This document shows positions 54,620 to 64,000 of a stretch of 64,000 bases of DNA, piece by piece (within the stretch, counting starts at the first letter, position 1; the number at the start of each line of letters is the position of its first letter). The position numbers and the translations under genes are program-made. The notes under the pieces are model-generated. The model ran no database searches, was not told the origin of the DNA, and worked only from the letters and a program-made list of their open reading frames with translations. Origin of the DNA: Vicinamibacteria bacterium (GTDB lineage Bacteria > Acidobacteriota > Vicinamibacteria > Marinacidobacterales > Marinacidobacteraceae); NCBI GenBank assembly GCA_963555995.3, contig OY821641.1, positions 960,001-1,024,000 of the forward strand, in the 5' to 3' direction.

Positions 54620-57616
54620 TTATGGACTCGATTCGCCGGAACCCGGCCTTCCGCGCGGCTCCCTGCGCTCCGGCTTCAGGATCCAGCCGTCGCCCCGGCT
54701 CCCCTGCATCCGGACGCTCAGCGGGGCCTCGAGACGCAGGTGGCGGACGGGACCGTGTTCCCAGACAGCCGGTTGGGTGGCCAGCCAGTCCCAATCGAGG
54801 TGGCCGTCGCCGCGCTCGGGATTCACGGTGAAGTAGCCGATCCCGTTCGAGACGAGGTTCTCGAAGAAGTGGGTCCCCTGGGAAGGCGTGACCACCAGAT
54901 CGCGGAATCCGGTCTCCACGATGACGCGGGCGCCGCTGACCTGCTCCCAGGTGACCGGAATCCCGAGGAAGCGGTCCCGGGACCCCCAGCGGCCCACCCC
55001 GACGAGCGCATAGGGACGGCCTTCCCGCTGGAGGCTGCGGTTGCAGCGGGCGACGTCCCGTGCGACCTCCCGGCTCTCCAGGCGGTCGTAGGTGTCCCGG
55101 TGGACCACCACCAGATCGTGCAGCCCCTCGATCTGTCCGTGGCCCAGCACCTGGGAACTCCGGCAGAGCACGCGGTCGCCGCTGGCGGCGGCCATTTCCT
55201 CCGCCGGGGGCGGTTCCCGCGCCGGCTGGAGGCGCCGCAACTGCACGAAACCGAACTCGCGCGGGCTTCCTCGCGGCACGGACAGGTTGGCGGCGAACTC
55301 CAGCTCCACGGGAGCGCGGCAGGCCTCCTCGCCGAGGTCCAGAAGTTCCGTGAGGATGGCCGCCAGCGGGAACAGGTCGGGCATCTTCAGCAGCGGGGCC
55401 AGGGTCAGGAACCGGCTCCCCGGCCGCGAGACGCCATCGTGGAGCGCACCGGACTCCTTGGACCAGGTCGAGGCGAGCAGCCCCAGCACGCCGTCGCTCT
55501 CCGCGTCCGCCAGGGACCCGGAGAGGAGCGGCGGCGACCCCTGGAGTCCGGCCGGGAGCTCGGGTTCGAGATCCACGGCGAGGAACTCGCTCTGGGAATT
55601 GCGCCACGCATCCTGCGTGCTCTGGTATCCGAGGCGGTGCTGGGGATGGCGCGGCGAGAACCGGACCGCCGGACCGCCGCTCGTGATCGCCTCCCCGAGT
55701 CCGAGCCCGACCGTCGCGATCCCGTCGCCGGCCTGGAGCGGCGCGGTGGGATAGAAGTTCTGCGACCGGGCGGTCCCGGCGATGTCCGGGTAGAAGCGGC
55801 GGCCGTGCGGCAGCCCGACGACCCGCTGGAGAATGACCGCCATCTTCTCCTCCTCCTGGCGGTAGGGGGTGCTGTCGAGGAAGCTGCGGACCCTCGGCAG
55901 GAACAGCGAGGCGTACACCTGCTTGATGGCCCGGGCGAGGGCCACGAGGCGTTCCCGGGCGGTGTCTTGCTGGTTCGCGACCAGCACGGTCTCGTACACC
56001 CCGGAGAACGGCTGGTAGGGCGAGTCTTCGAGCAGGCTCGACGAGCGGACCGCCAGCGGATACCGCACCTTTTCCTGGAACCGGCCGAGGTCCCGCCACG
56101 CCTCTTCGGGGAACCGCGCCTGGTCGAACCGCTCCCGGAGCTCCGCTTCGCTCGATACCTCGAGCGCGAAGGAGAGGAGGTCGTTGTCCTCCATGAAGCG
56201 GTCGAAGATCCCGGTCGCGAGCACGACCGACTGCGGCACCGCGATGATCGTTTCCGGGTGTCGCTCCTCGATGCCCGAGCGGGCGAGGACCGAGTTCGTG
56301 AACGCCAGGCCGCGCGCCTTGCCGCCCACCGACCCGCCGCCGATGCGGAGGAATCCGGCGTCCGGGTCGAATCCCTCCCGCGGGAAGTCGGCCACCACCG
56401 AGCGGCTCCGCTCCCGCCGCCGCTGCTGGAGCCGGCGGGCCACGTCCCGGCCCATGTGGTCCCCCGGGCCGTAGTCGCTGATCCGCACTTCGCGGAGGCG
56501 CCGGGCCAGTTCCAGTTCTCCCCGCGCCATCAGCCAGTGCGAGATCTCGTTGTTCCGGGCGTGCGGCACGAGCACTTCGTGGGGCACCGAACCGATGACC
56601 CGTTCGAACGAGTCCAGGTCGCCGGCGCGCGCGACTTCCGCGCCGTCGGGCCCGCGGAATATGAAGTCGCCGAAATGGAACCGTTCGCGCATCAGGCCGC
56701 GGATCCGCCGCAGCAGGTCCCGCGAGCCCTTCAGCAGGAAGTCGGCCCCCACGCTGCGGGCGCGGGCTTCGTTCTCCGGGCGGCGGGAGTGGACGATCGC
56801 GGGAATGTCGGGGCGCATCCGCCGCATCGCGGCGACGAAGCGTTCCCCCGCCTGGGGATCGCGCCGGCCCTTCCGGGGGAACTCCACGTCCGAGATCACT
56901 CCGAGGATCTGGTCCGGGAAGGCGGTGAAGGACTCCCACGCCTCCTCGTAGTCGTCGCACAGGAGGATCTTGGGGCGGCGGCGGACCCGGTCGAACTTCT
57001 CGGTGAGGCTCAGGCCCTCCGGGATGAGCTTCCGGGTCTGCTCGAAGACCGCCTGGTACACCACCGGCAGGAACGAGGAGTAGTAGCGGATGCTGTCCTC
57101 GATCAGCAGGATGGCGGGAACCCCGAGGTTGCCGGTGTCCTGGGGTGCGTTCCGGCGGTCCTCGATCTGCTTCACGATCGCGAGGAAGATCCCGACGTCT
57201 CCCTGCCAGACGAACGGCTTGGCGAGGTCGCTGCCGCGGTGGCGCCGCAGGTACTCGCGCACCGTGCGGGTGTCGTACCCGAAGAGGGTGACCGGCGTCC
57301 GGTGTCCCGCCTCGCGGAGCCGCTGCGCGAAGGTCCCGATGTCCATGTCGCCGAGGTCCGGCGAGCCGATCACCAACTGGAAGCGGTTCGGGGTGTGGGC
57401 GAGGCGTTCCAGGGCCTCGGTCCCCGACTCCACCTGCGTCACGCCCGGACGGATGCGGAGGTTCAGGTCGAGGAACCCGGAGAGGACCCGTTCGTCGAGC
57501 TGGCCGTCCTCCGCCAGGATGAACGAGTCGTAGTGGCTCAGCACGAAGAGGACTTCGTGGACCCGGAACCCCAGCAGGTCGGCGAACGCCGGCGAGAGGG
57601 CGCCGTGGAGCGGCAT
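54620..57616 (-). CDS. PEP/pyruvate-binding (PPDK_N) domain protein with receiver-like N-terminal domains
   Basis: YDSFILAEDG, LLIEDSIRYYS, GGKARGLAF, LAVRSSSLLED, EEEKMAVILQ, GRWGS, PSQGTHFF. Confidence 0.88.
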   Translation of the reverse strand: MPLHGALSPAFADLLGFRVHEVLFVLSHYDSFILAEDGQLDERVLSGFLDLNLRIRPGVTQVESGTEALERLAHTPNRFQLVIGSPDLGDMDIGTFAQRLREAGHRTPVTLFGYDTRTVREYLRRHRGSDLAKPFVWQGDVGIFLAIVKQIEDRRNAPQDTGNLGVPAILLIEDSIRYYSSFLPVVYQAVFEQTRKLIPEGLSLTEKFDRVRRRPKILLCDDYEEAWESFTAFPDQILGVISDVEFPRKGRRDPQAGERFVAAMRRMRPDIPAIVHSRRPENEARARSVGADFLLKGSRDLLRRIRGLMRERFHFGDFIFRGPDGAEVARAGDLDSFERVIGSVPHEVLVPHARNNEISHWLMARGELELARRLREVRISDYGPGDHMGRDVARRLQQRRRERSRSVVADFPREGFDPDAGFLRIGGGSVGGKARGLAFTNSVLARSGIEERHPETIIAVPQSVVLATGIFDRFMEDNDLLSFALEVSSEAELRERFDQARFPEEAWRDLGRFQEKVRYPLAVRSSSLLEDSPYQPFSGVYETVLVANQQDTARERLVALARAIKQVYASLFLPRVRSFLDSTPYRQEEEKMAVILQRVVGLPHGRRFYPDIAGTARSQNFYPTAPLQAGDGIATVGLGLGEAITSGGPAVRFSPRHPQHRLGYQSTQDAWRNSQSEFLAVDLEPELPAGLQGSPPLLSGSLADAESDGVLGLLASTWSKESGALHDGVSRPGSRFLTLAPLLKMPDLFPLAAILTELLDLGEEACRAPVELEFAANLSVPRGSPREFGFVQLRRLQPAREPPPAEEMAAASGDRVLCRSSQVLGHGQIEGLHDLVVVHRDTYDRLESREVARDVARCNRSLQREGRPYALVGVGRWGSRDRFLGIPVTWEQVSGARVIVETGFRDLVVTPSQGTHFFENLVSNGIGYFTVNPERGDGHLDWDWLATQPAVWEHGPVRHLRLEAPLSVRMQGSRGDGWILKPERREPRGRPGSGESSP

Positions 57617-57744
57617 GGATTTGCTAGTTTCTCATTCCCGCACGCTGGTCGTCGGCGTGGGCCGATCCGGTCCGGAACGGCACTTCGGGTTACGGGACGG
57701 CCCTCCCGCCCCTACAATCCGCGCCCAAATTGGCCGGAGGGTCC

Positions 57745-59103
57745 ATGAGCTATATCGAATCCGTCCTCAACCAGGTCGCGGCGCGGAACGCGAACGAGCC
57801 CGAGTTCAACCAGGCCGTCCGCGAGGTCATCGAGTCGGTGGCGGTCGTCATCGAGCGGCATCCCGAGTACCGCGCCGCGCGGGTGCTCGACCGCATGGTC
57901 GAACCCGAACGCTTGGTCCAGTTCCGGGTCCCCTGGGTGGATGACGCCGGCGAGGTCCGGGTGAACCGGGGCTTCCGGATCGAGATGAACAGCGCGATCG
58001 GGCCCTACAAGGGCGGACTCCGCTTCCATCCCTCGGTCAACGCTTCCATCCTCAAGTTCCTCGCCTTCGAGCAGGTGTTCAAGAACTCGCTGACCACGCT
58101 GCCGCTCGGCGGCGGCAAGGGCGGCTCGGACTTCGACCCCAAGGGCAAGAGCGACGCCGAGGTGATGCGCTTCTGCCAGTCGTTCATGACCGAGCTGCAC
58201 CGCCACATCGGTCCCTACACGGATGTCCCGGCGGGCGACATCGGGGTCGGCGGCCGGGAGATCGGCTTCCTCTTCGGCCAGTACAAGCGGCTCGCCAACG
58301 AGTTCACCGGGACGCTCACCGGGAAGTCGCCGGGCTGGGGCGGTTCGCTGATCCGGCCGGAAGCCACCGGCTACGGGGCCGTCTATTTCGCCCAGGAGAT
58401 GCTCAACACCCGCAGCGACGGACTCCAGGGCAAGACCTGTCTCGTTTCCGGCAGCGGCAACGTGGCGCAGTTCACCGTGGAGAAGCTGCACGAGCTCGAG
58501 GCGAAGGCGGTCACGCTGTCCGATTCGTCGGGCTTCATCCACGACCCCGCCGGCATCGACGCCGAGAAGCTGGCGTTCGTCATGGAGCTGAAGAACGTCC
58601 GCCGCGGCAGGATCCGGGAATACGCCGAGAAGTTCCCGGGGGTGAGCTACCACGACGCCGATCCGGGCGCCGACCACAACCCGCTCTGGGCTATCCCCGC
58701 CGAGTGCGCCTTCCCGAGCGCCACCGAGAACGAGATCAGCGGCAACGACGCCTCCACGCTGCTGGCGAACGGCTGCTTCGTGGTCTCCGAGGGCGCCAAC
58801 ATGCCGTCGGTCCCGGACGCGGTGGAGCAGTTCGTCGCCGCCAAGATCCTCTACGGACCCGGCAAGGCCGCGAACGCCGGCGGCGTCGCGGTGTCCGGGC
58901 TCGAGATGGCCCAGAACGTCGGCATGATCCAGTGGAAGCGGGAGGTGGTGGACCACCGCCTCGCCGACATCATGTTCGAGATCCACGACGCCTGCGTCAA
59001 GGCGTCCGAACGGTTCGACGCGGCCGGCAACTACGTGGTGGGCGCCAACATCGCCGGGTTCTTCAAGGTCGCCGACGCGATGATGGACCAGGGCGTCGTC
59101 TAG
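57745..59103 (+). CDS. gdhA: NADP-specific glutamate dehydrogenase
   Basis: GPYKGGLRFHPSVN, GGGKGGSDF, DVPAGDIGVG, RPEATGYG, SGSGNVAQ, GKAANAGGV. Confidence 0.97.
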   Translation: MSYIESVLNQVAARNANEPEFNQAVREVIESVAVVIERHPEYRAARVLDRMVEPERLVQFRVPWVDDAGEVRVNRGFRIEMNSAIGPYKGGLRFHPSVNASILKFLAFEQVFKNSLTTLPLGGGKGGSDFDPKGKSDAEVMRFCQSFMTELHRHIGPYTDVPAGDIGVGGREIGFLFGQYKRLANEFTGTLTGKSPGWGGSLIRPEATGYGAVYFAQEMLNTRSDGLQGKTCLVSGSGNVAQFTVEKLHELEAKAVTLSDSSGFIHDPAGIDAEKLAFVMELKNVRRGRIREYAEKFPGVSYHDADPGADHNPLWAIPAECAFPSATENEISGNDASTLLANGCFVVSEGANMPSVPDAVEQFVAAKILYGPGKAANAGGVAVSGLEMAQNVGMIQWKREVVDHRLADIMFEIHDACVKASERFDAAGNYVVGANIAGFFKVADAMMDQGVV

Positions 59104-59201
59104 CGGCCTGCGGCGAAACCCCCGTGAAGGCCGAGACGGGCCAGTTGCCGTGAAAGTGCGGCTCCCGCGGGTCCGCCAACAGCCGTGACGGCGCCGCTCG
59201 C

Positions 59202-59405
59202 TTGGAACGCCGGCTTCAGCCGGCACAGCCCGCCGAAGGCGGGCGGCAGGAAGGATCTCATCCGACGGGATGGCGCGAAGGCCGGGAACGCCTGGCCACC
59301 AGTTCTTTCGTGGCGCCTCGCCTGCCCACGCGCCATGCGGGCAGGAGGTGTACGTCGTTCCGCTGCGCTCTGCGCAGCGGGTGCCGGCTGAAGCCGGCGT
59401 TCCAA
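59202..59405. repeat. Inverted pair of REP-like units (REPIN-like)
   Basis: TTGGAACGCCGGCTTCAGCCGGCA at 59202 (+) and its exact reverse complement at 59382-59405. Confidence 0.9.
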
Positions 59406-59510
59406 GCCGTTTCCGCCATTCTCATGACCGGCGGGATGCATCGCCCGTCGAACGCCGCGTGGGTTTGCCGCAGGCCGCTAGGACCGGCCGCCGGGTAGCC
59501 GGGCAGCGGT

Positions 59511-60221
59511 TCAGGCCGGCGGGGGAGGAGGGTCCCCTTCCAACTGCTCCTTCTGCCACTCGGGGACCACGACCCCGAGCGAGATGATCATCTGGAGGGC
59601 CTGCTGCCGGCTCATCGAGAGCTCGATGACGTCTTCCCTGGGCAGGGTGATCACGAAGCCCGAGGTCGGGTTCGGCGTGGTGGGCACGAAGACCGCCATC
59701 ACTTCCCGCCCGCCCGGCGCCGTTCCGCCGGCCTCGGATGAGTCGCCGGTTCCGTTCCGCTCGGCGATGCGCTTTCGCACCCGGTGCTGCACCTCCCCGA
59801 GTTCGCCCGCCATCTGGAACGCGATGCTGTAGGCCCCGCGCCGGGGATATTCGATCAGGACGACCTTCCCGAAGGCGTCGCCGGAGGTGAAGAGCGCCTC
59901 CAGCAACTGGCGGACGCCCGAATAGATCCAGCGCGCCACCGGGACCCGGCTGAGCGGGCGTTCAACCGTGGCGCGGAGCACCACCCGGAAGACGCCGAAC
60001 TTCGTGACGCCCCAGCCGGTCAGGAACAGCACCCCGATCACCACGCCGAGCGCCGTGAGCCGCGGCTCCCAGGGGAGGGAGGGGAAGAACCAGGACTGGA
60101 TGATCGAATAGATCAACCGTCCCACCAGGAACACCGCCGCGAGCGGAATCCAGACCAGGAAACCGCGCAGCAGATAGCGCCGGAGGTTCGCCCAAAAGGT
60201 CAACTCCGGGGCGGCGGACAT
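59511..60221 (-). CDS. DUF502 domain membrane protein
   Basis: VVLIEYPRRG, VFVPTTPNPTSGF, IISLG. Confidence 0.92.
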   Translation of the reverse strand: MSAAPELTFWANLRRYLLRGFLVWIPLAAVFLVGRLIYSIIQSWFFPSLPWEPRLTALGVVIGVLFLTGWGVTKFGVFRVVLRATVERPLSRVPVARWIYSGVRQLLEALFTSGDAFGKVVLIEYPRRGAYSIAFQMAGELGEVQHRVRKRIAERNGTGDSSEAGGTAPGGREVMAVFVPTTPNPTSGFVITLPREDVIELSMSRQQALQMIISLGVVVPEWQKEQLEGDPPPPPA

Positions 60222-60270
60222 CTCGCGGTGAGTCTATGGCCGTCGGGGCCGTTTACCATCCCCGCCCAAC

Positions 60271-61323
60271 ATGGAACTGCCCATCGTCTGCCTTCCCGGC
60301 GACGGGATCGGCCCCGACGCGGTGGCCGCGGCGGAGCGTGTGCTGGAGCGGGTGGCGGACCGGTTCGGTCACCGCCTTGTGGTCGAGCGCCACGACTTCG
60401 CGGGAGTGGCCTGGGACCGCACGGGAACCGGGTTCCCCGACGAGACGCGGGTCGCCTGCGCCGGCGCCCGGGCGATCCTGCTGGGGGCGGTCGGGGATCC
60501 GCGCCACGACGTGCTCCCCGCCGCCGAGCGTCCCGAACGCGCGCTGCTGCAGCTCCGCCGGATGCTCGGCGCCTACGCGAACCTGCGCCCGATCAAGGTA
60601 ATCCGGGTGCTCGACAGCTCGCCCTTCCGGCCCGCGGCCATCGAAGGCGCGGACCTCCTCATCGTGCGCGAACTGACCGGGGGCATCTACTACGGCGAGC
60701 CGCGCGGCATCCGGGAGGAGAACGGCCAGCGGGTTGGCGTCAACACCCTCCGTTACGAGGTTCGGGAGATCGAGCGGATCGCCCGCGTTGCGTTCGAGGC
60801 CGCCGCGCGTCGCCGCGGTCTCCTCCTGTCGGTGGACAAGGCGAACGTCCTCGAGTCCTCGCAGCTCTGGCGCGAGGTGGTCGCGGGCCTCGCCACCGAC
60901 TATCCCGACGTCCGGCTCGACCACATGTACGTGGACCGGGCGGCGATGGAGATCGTCCGCGACCCGCGCCAGTTCGACGTGATCCTCACCGGCAACATGT
61001 TCGGCGACATCCTGAGCGACGAGGCGTCCGTGCTGGCCGGATCGCTCGGCCTCCTGCCGTCGGCGAGCGTGGGCGAGGGCGGCGGTCTCTACGAGCCGGT
61101 CCACGGCTCGGCCCCGGACATCGCCGGCCAGGGGATCGCGAACCCCCTGGCGGCCATCTCCTCCGCCGCCATGATGCTCGAACTCTCCTTCGGGCTGAAG
61201 GAGGAAGCCGCGGCCATCGAGTCCGCGGTCACCGACTGCCTCCGCGGCGACGTCCTCCCGCGCGACCTCGGCGGCGCCGCCGGCACCACCGAGATCACCG
61301 ACGTCGTCCTGGCCGCCCTGTAA
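60271..61323 (+). CDS. leuB: 3-isopropylmalate dehydrogenase
   Basis: LPGDGIGP, ANLRP, VRELTGGIYYG, SVDKANVL, NMFGDILSDEAS, EPVHGSAPDIAG. Confidence 0.96.
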   Translation: MELPIVCLPGDGIGPDAVAAAERVLERVADRFGHRLVVERHDFAGVAWDRTGTGFPDETRVACAGARAILLGAVGDPRHDVLPAAERPERALLQLRRMLGAYANLRPIKVIRVLDSSPFRPAAIEGADLLIVRELTGGIYYGEPRGIREENGQRVGVNTLRYEVREIERIARVAFEAAARRRGLLLSVDKANVLESSQLWREVVAGLATDYPDVRLDHMYVDRAAMEIVRDPRQFDVILTGNMFGDILSDEASVLAGSLGLLPSASVGEGGGLYEPVHGSAPDIAGQGIANPLAAISSAAMMLELSFGLKEEAAAIESAVTDCLRGDVLPRDLGGAAGTTEITDVVLAAL

Positions 61324-61328
61324 ATAAG

Positions 61329-61463
61329 GGAGCGCCGGTGTTCACACCGGCACCGCCGCGCGCAGCGCGGCGAGATCGCGTACGGCTGCTCCCCCGTATG
61401 GCGCCCCCGGCTTGGAACGCCGACCTCCGGTCGGCACCGCCGCGCGGAGCGCGGCGAAACTCC
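61329..61463 (+). repeat. Two tandem REP-like units (85-bp period)
   Basis: GGAGCGCCGGTGTTCACACCGGCA at 61329 and GGAACGCCGACCTCCGGTCGGCA at 61414, each with the second hairpin. Confidence 0.85.
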
Positions 61464-61543
61464 CCTTGCTCGTCCCGGTGTGACAGCGGCCTCCTACCGG
61501 ACAAAATAGCCTGGCCGGCACCCCGGCCGGTAAGGAGTTCCCC

Positions 61544-62953
61544 ATGTCCCGTACCCGTGTGCTCATCGCCACCGCGCTTCTCTTCGCCCTCACCGCCCCG
61601 CTCGCCCTCGCCCAGCCGCCCGAGACCCAGCGCCAGGTGGTGGACCGCCGCCAGTTCCTGAACGAAGTCCAGACCTCCGACGACCCACGCCGGGTGCCCG
61701 CTCCGCCGGGTCCGCGCGGACCCGACGGGACGCGGGTCCTCTACGGCGGCTTCCTCTTCGACGGGACGGGCGCCGAGCCTCGCATCGGCACCGTCGTCAT
61801 CGAACGGAACCGGATCGCCGCCATCCTCGGCGAGGGCGAGAGGGATTGGCCGGAGGGCTCCCAGGTGCTCGACGTCTCGGGCCACACCGTCCTGCCGGGA
61901 CTGATTGATCTCCACACCCACCTCACCTACACCGAGCCCGGCGTCCCGCAGGTGCTGGCTATTGACCCGGCGCACCAGACGCTCCGCGCGATGGAGCGGC
62001 TCCACGTCTTCATCGGGGCGGGGATCACCTCCATCCGCGACACCGGGTCCGCCGGGACGGTGCCCTTCATCGTCAAGGACTGGGTGAACCAGAACCGCCT
62101 GCCGGGACCGCGGGTCTTCGCGTCCGGTTCACTCATCACCGGCACGGGCGGGCACGGCGCCGAGGGGTACTCGATCCATCACCCGCTCTACGGCGGGATC
62201 GTCGAGGCGTCCGGGCCCGACGAGTTCCGGGACGCCGTGCGCCAGCAGTTCAAGATGGGGGCCGACCTCATCAAGATCGCGAGCCACTACAGCCGGGAGG
62301 AGATCGCCGCGGCGGTGGACGAAGCCCATGCGCTCGGCCTCAAGGTCACCGTGGACTCGGAGACCTTCTACACCGGCTGGGCGGTCGAGGCGGGCGCCGA
62401 CACCATCGAACACCCGCTGCCGCGCACCGACGAGGTGATCCAGATGATGGCCCGCAGCGGCACGGCGTCGGTGCCCACCATCATCACCTACGACTACATC
62501 TTCAACGAGCGGGGCAGCTACCACAGCTCGACGTCGCGGCGCTTCGAACTTGACGGCGGGATCAGCCGGGCCATGCTGCGCGAGCTCAAGGACGCCGGAA
62601 TCCTCATCGGGGTGGGGACCGACCTGATCCTCGAGAACTACCGCGACCTCCCCCACGCCTACATCTGGGAGCTGGAGGCGTACGTGGAGAGCGGCTTCAC
62701 CCCCACGGAGGCGCTCGTCTCCGCCACCCGCGACAGCGCCCGGATCCTCGGCATGGACGACAAGCTCGGCACGCTCGAAGTCGGGAAGCTGGCCGACATC
62801 CTGATCGTGGAGGGGGATCCGCTCACCGACCTGGGCGCCCTCGCCAATATCGCGGAGGTCTTCCGGGACGGCTACTGGGTGGTCCGGAACGGGTCCGTCC
62901 AGCCGACCCCGCCCGAGACGCGGGTCCGCCCGGGCCCAGGACTCACGAACTGA
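61544..62953 (+). CDS. Secreted amidohydrolase-family protein
   Basis: AAGGAG RBS, signal peptide, PGLIDLHTH, GADLIKI, TIEH, GTD, GTLEVGKLAD. Confidence 0.9.
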   Translation: MSRTRVLIATALLFALTAPLALAQPPETQRQVVDRRQFLNEVQTSDDPRRVPAPPGPRGPDGTRVLYGGFLFDGTGAEPRIGTVVIERNRIAAILGEGERDWPEGSQVLDVSGHTVLPGLIDLHTHLTYTEPGVPQVLAIDPAHQTLRAMERLHVFIGAGITSIRDTGSAGTVPFIVKDWVNQNRLPGPRVFASGSLITGTGGHGAEGYSIHHPLYGGIVEASGPDEFRDAVRQQFKMGADLIKIASHYSREEIAAAVDEAHALGLKVTVDSETFYTGWAVEAGADTIEHPLPRTDEVIQMMARSGTASVPTIITYDYIFNERGSYHSSTSRRFELDGGISRAMLRELKDAGILIGVGTDLILENYRDLPHAYIWELEAYVESGFTPTEALVSATRDSARILGMDDKLGTLEVGKLADILIVEGDPLTDLGALANIAEVFRDGYWVVRNGSVQPTPPETRVRPGPGLTN

Positions 62954-63111
62954 GCAACCGGACCGGCCGGACGACACGAGCGGGGAATCGCCGGAGGGAC
63001 GCGCCGCGCCCACGTGTCGGAATCGGGATCTCCTACTAAAGGGACCATTGTCCCCAGAGTAGTAGTCTTATCCTTACAAAAGTCGCATTTCTGCCCCATG
63101 CGCATCTCTTA

Positions 63112-64000
63112 GTGTCGGAAAAGTCCCGTCCCGTTTCGTTTCAGGAACTACCGGAAGCGTTCGTCTCCCACCGGGGGATTGCGCGCCGGGTGTCCCGCGC
63201 CGTCCGCACCGGCAAGCTGCGGAAGATCGCGTCGCGGCTTTACACGCGCAACCTGATAGACGCTCCTGAGGCCATCGTGCGGCGGAACCTGTGGTCCATC
63301 GTCGCCGGCTACTTTCCCGGCGCGCTGATCGCCGATCGGACAGCGCTCGAGAACGCTCCCGCGCCGGACGGCTCGATCTGCCTGATCACGGAGCGGGGCC
63401 GGAACGTCCGCCTGCCCGGGATCACGCTCCGCCCCCGCCGCGGGTTGCCGCCGCTCGCCGCCGACAGACCGTTTCTTTCCGGTCTCTTTCTCTGCTCTAC
63501 CGCGCGCGCCTACCTCGAAAACATGCGCCCGACGCGCGCGAGGGGCGGTCTCGACCGCCGGACCCTGAGTCGCGTCGGGCTCGAGGAACGGCTCGACGCG
63601 CTGGTCCGCCGTTCAGGCGCCTCGGAGCTCCGCAGAATGCGGGACGAGGTCCGCGCGGTCGCCGCCGAAGCCGGGCTCGAGCACGAGGCTGTCTCTTTCG
63701 ACGCTCTGGCGGGCGCGCTCCTGGGCACCCGCGAGGCCCCGCTGAGCGCCCCGGTCGCCGTCGCGCGAAGTCGGGGGCGCGCCTACGACCCGGAGCGCCT
63801 GACTCTCTTCGAAGAGCTGTTCATCGCTCTCCGGAATCTCCCGCCCTCTCCCCGCATTGCGGTTCAACGAGGATCGGAGTCTCTCAGGACTCTCGCCTTC
63901 TTTGAAGCCTACTTCTCGAACTTCATCGAGGGGACCGAGTTCGAAGTGAGCGAGGCCGCGGACATCGTGTTCCGCGGTGTGGTGCCGCGCCGACGCCCCG
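63112..64000 (+). CDS. Fic-family protein with long N-terminal extension (runs off the window end; absent from the ORF track)
   Basis: Open frame from GTG 63112: GKLRKIASRLYT..IVRRN..PGALIADRTALE..RAYLENM..YDPERL..AFFEAYFSNFIEGTEF; the Fic catalytic motif would lie beyond the window. Confidence 0.78.
   Translation, partial: MSEKSRPVSFQELPEAFVSHRGIARRVSRAVRTGKLRKIASRLYTRNLIDAPEAIVRRNLWSIVAGYFPGALIADRTALENAPAPDGSICLITERGRNVRLPGITLRPRRGLPPLAADRPFLSGLFLCSTARAYLENMRPTRARGGLDRRTLSRVGLEERLDALVRRSGASELRRMRDEVRAVAAEAGLEHEAVSFDALAGALLGTREAPLSAPVAVARSRGRAYDPERLTLFEELFIALRNLPPSPRIAVQRGSESLRTLAFFEAYFSNFIEGTEFEVSEAADIVFRGVVPRRRP

Overview
Very GC-rich bacterial DNA. The gene mix (VPS10/BNR proteins, PIG-L deacetylase, serine hydrolase-VanX fusion, TonB receptor, several SSS transporters) resembles Acidobacteriota-type genomes, which is an inference only. 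The backbone is housekeeping and envelope genes (cobO, gdhA, leuB, ampG, amidohydrolases, peptidases, an ECF sigma/anti-sigma pair). Accessory content has three layers. (i) Three complete type II toxin-antitoxin pairs, an orphan antitoxin with a collapsed toxin, a Fic-family gene and a candidate type II restriction-modification pair. (ii) A defence-island-like block at about 23.8-36 kb: an uncharacterised, translationally coupled two-gene module (HTH + VPA1262-like/PLD-fold protein and a 713-aa helical protein), an HNH nuclease, an MmeI-like type IIL enzyme with an apparently swapped specificity region, an IS3 scar, an ApeA-like HEPN protein, a truncated DUF2867 gene and a small 9-residue-repeat protein. 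(iii) About 19 copies of a structured intergenic REP-like repeat. The best candidate for an undescribed system is the 24362-28200 module. A Cyc2-like cytochrome-porin operon with a CxxHH lipoprotein at the window start is a second candidate. No rRNA, tRNA or CRISPR array was seen. All calls come from motif recognition by eye; no database search was run.
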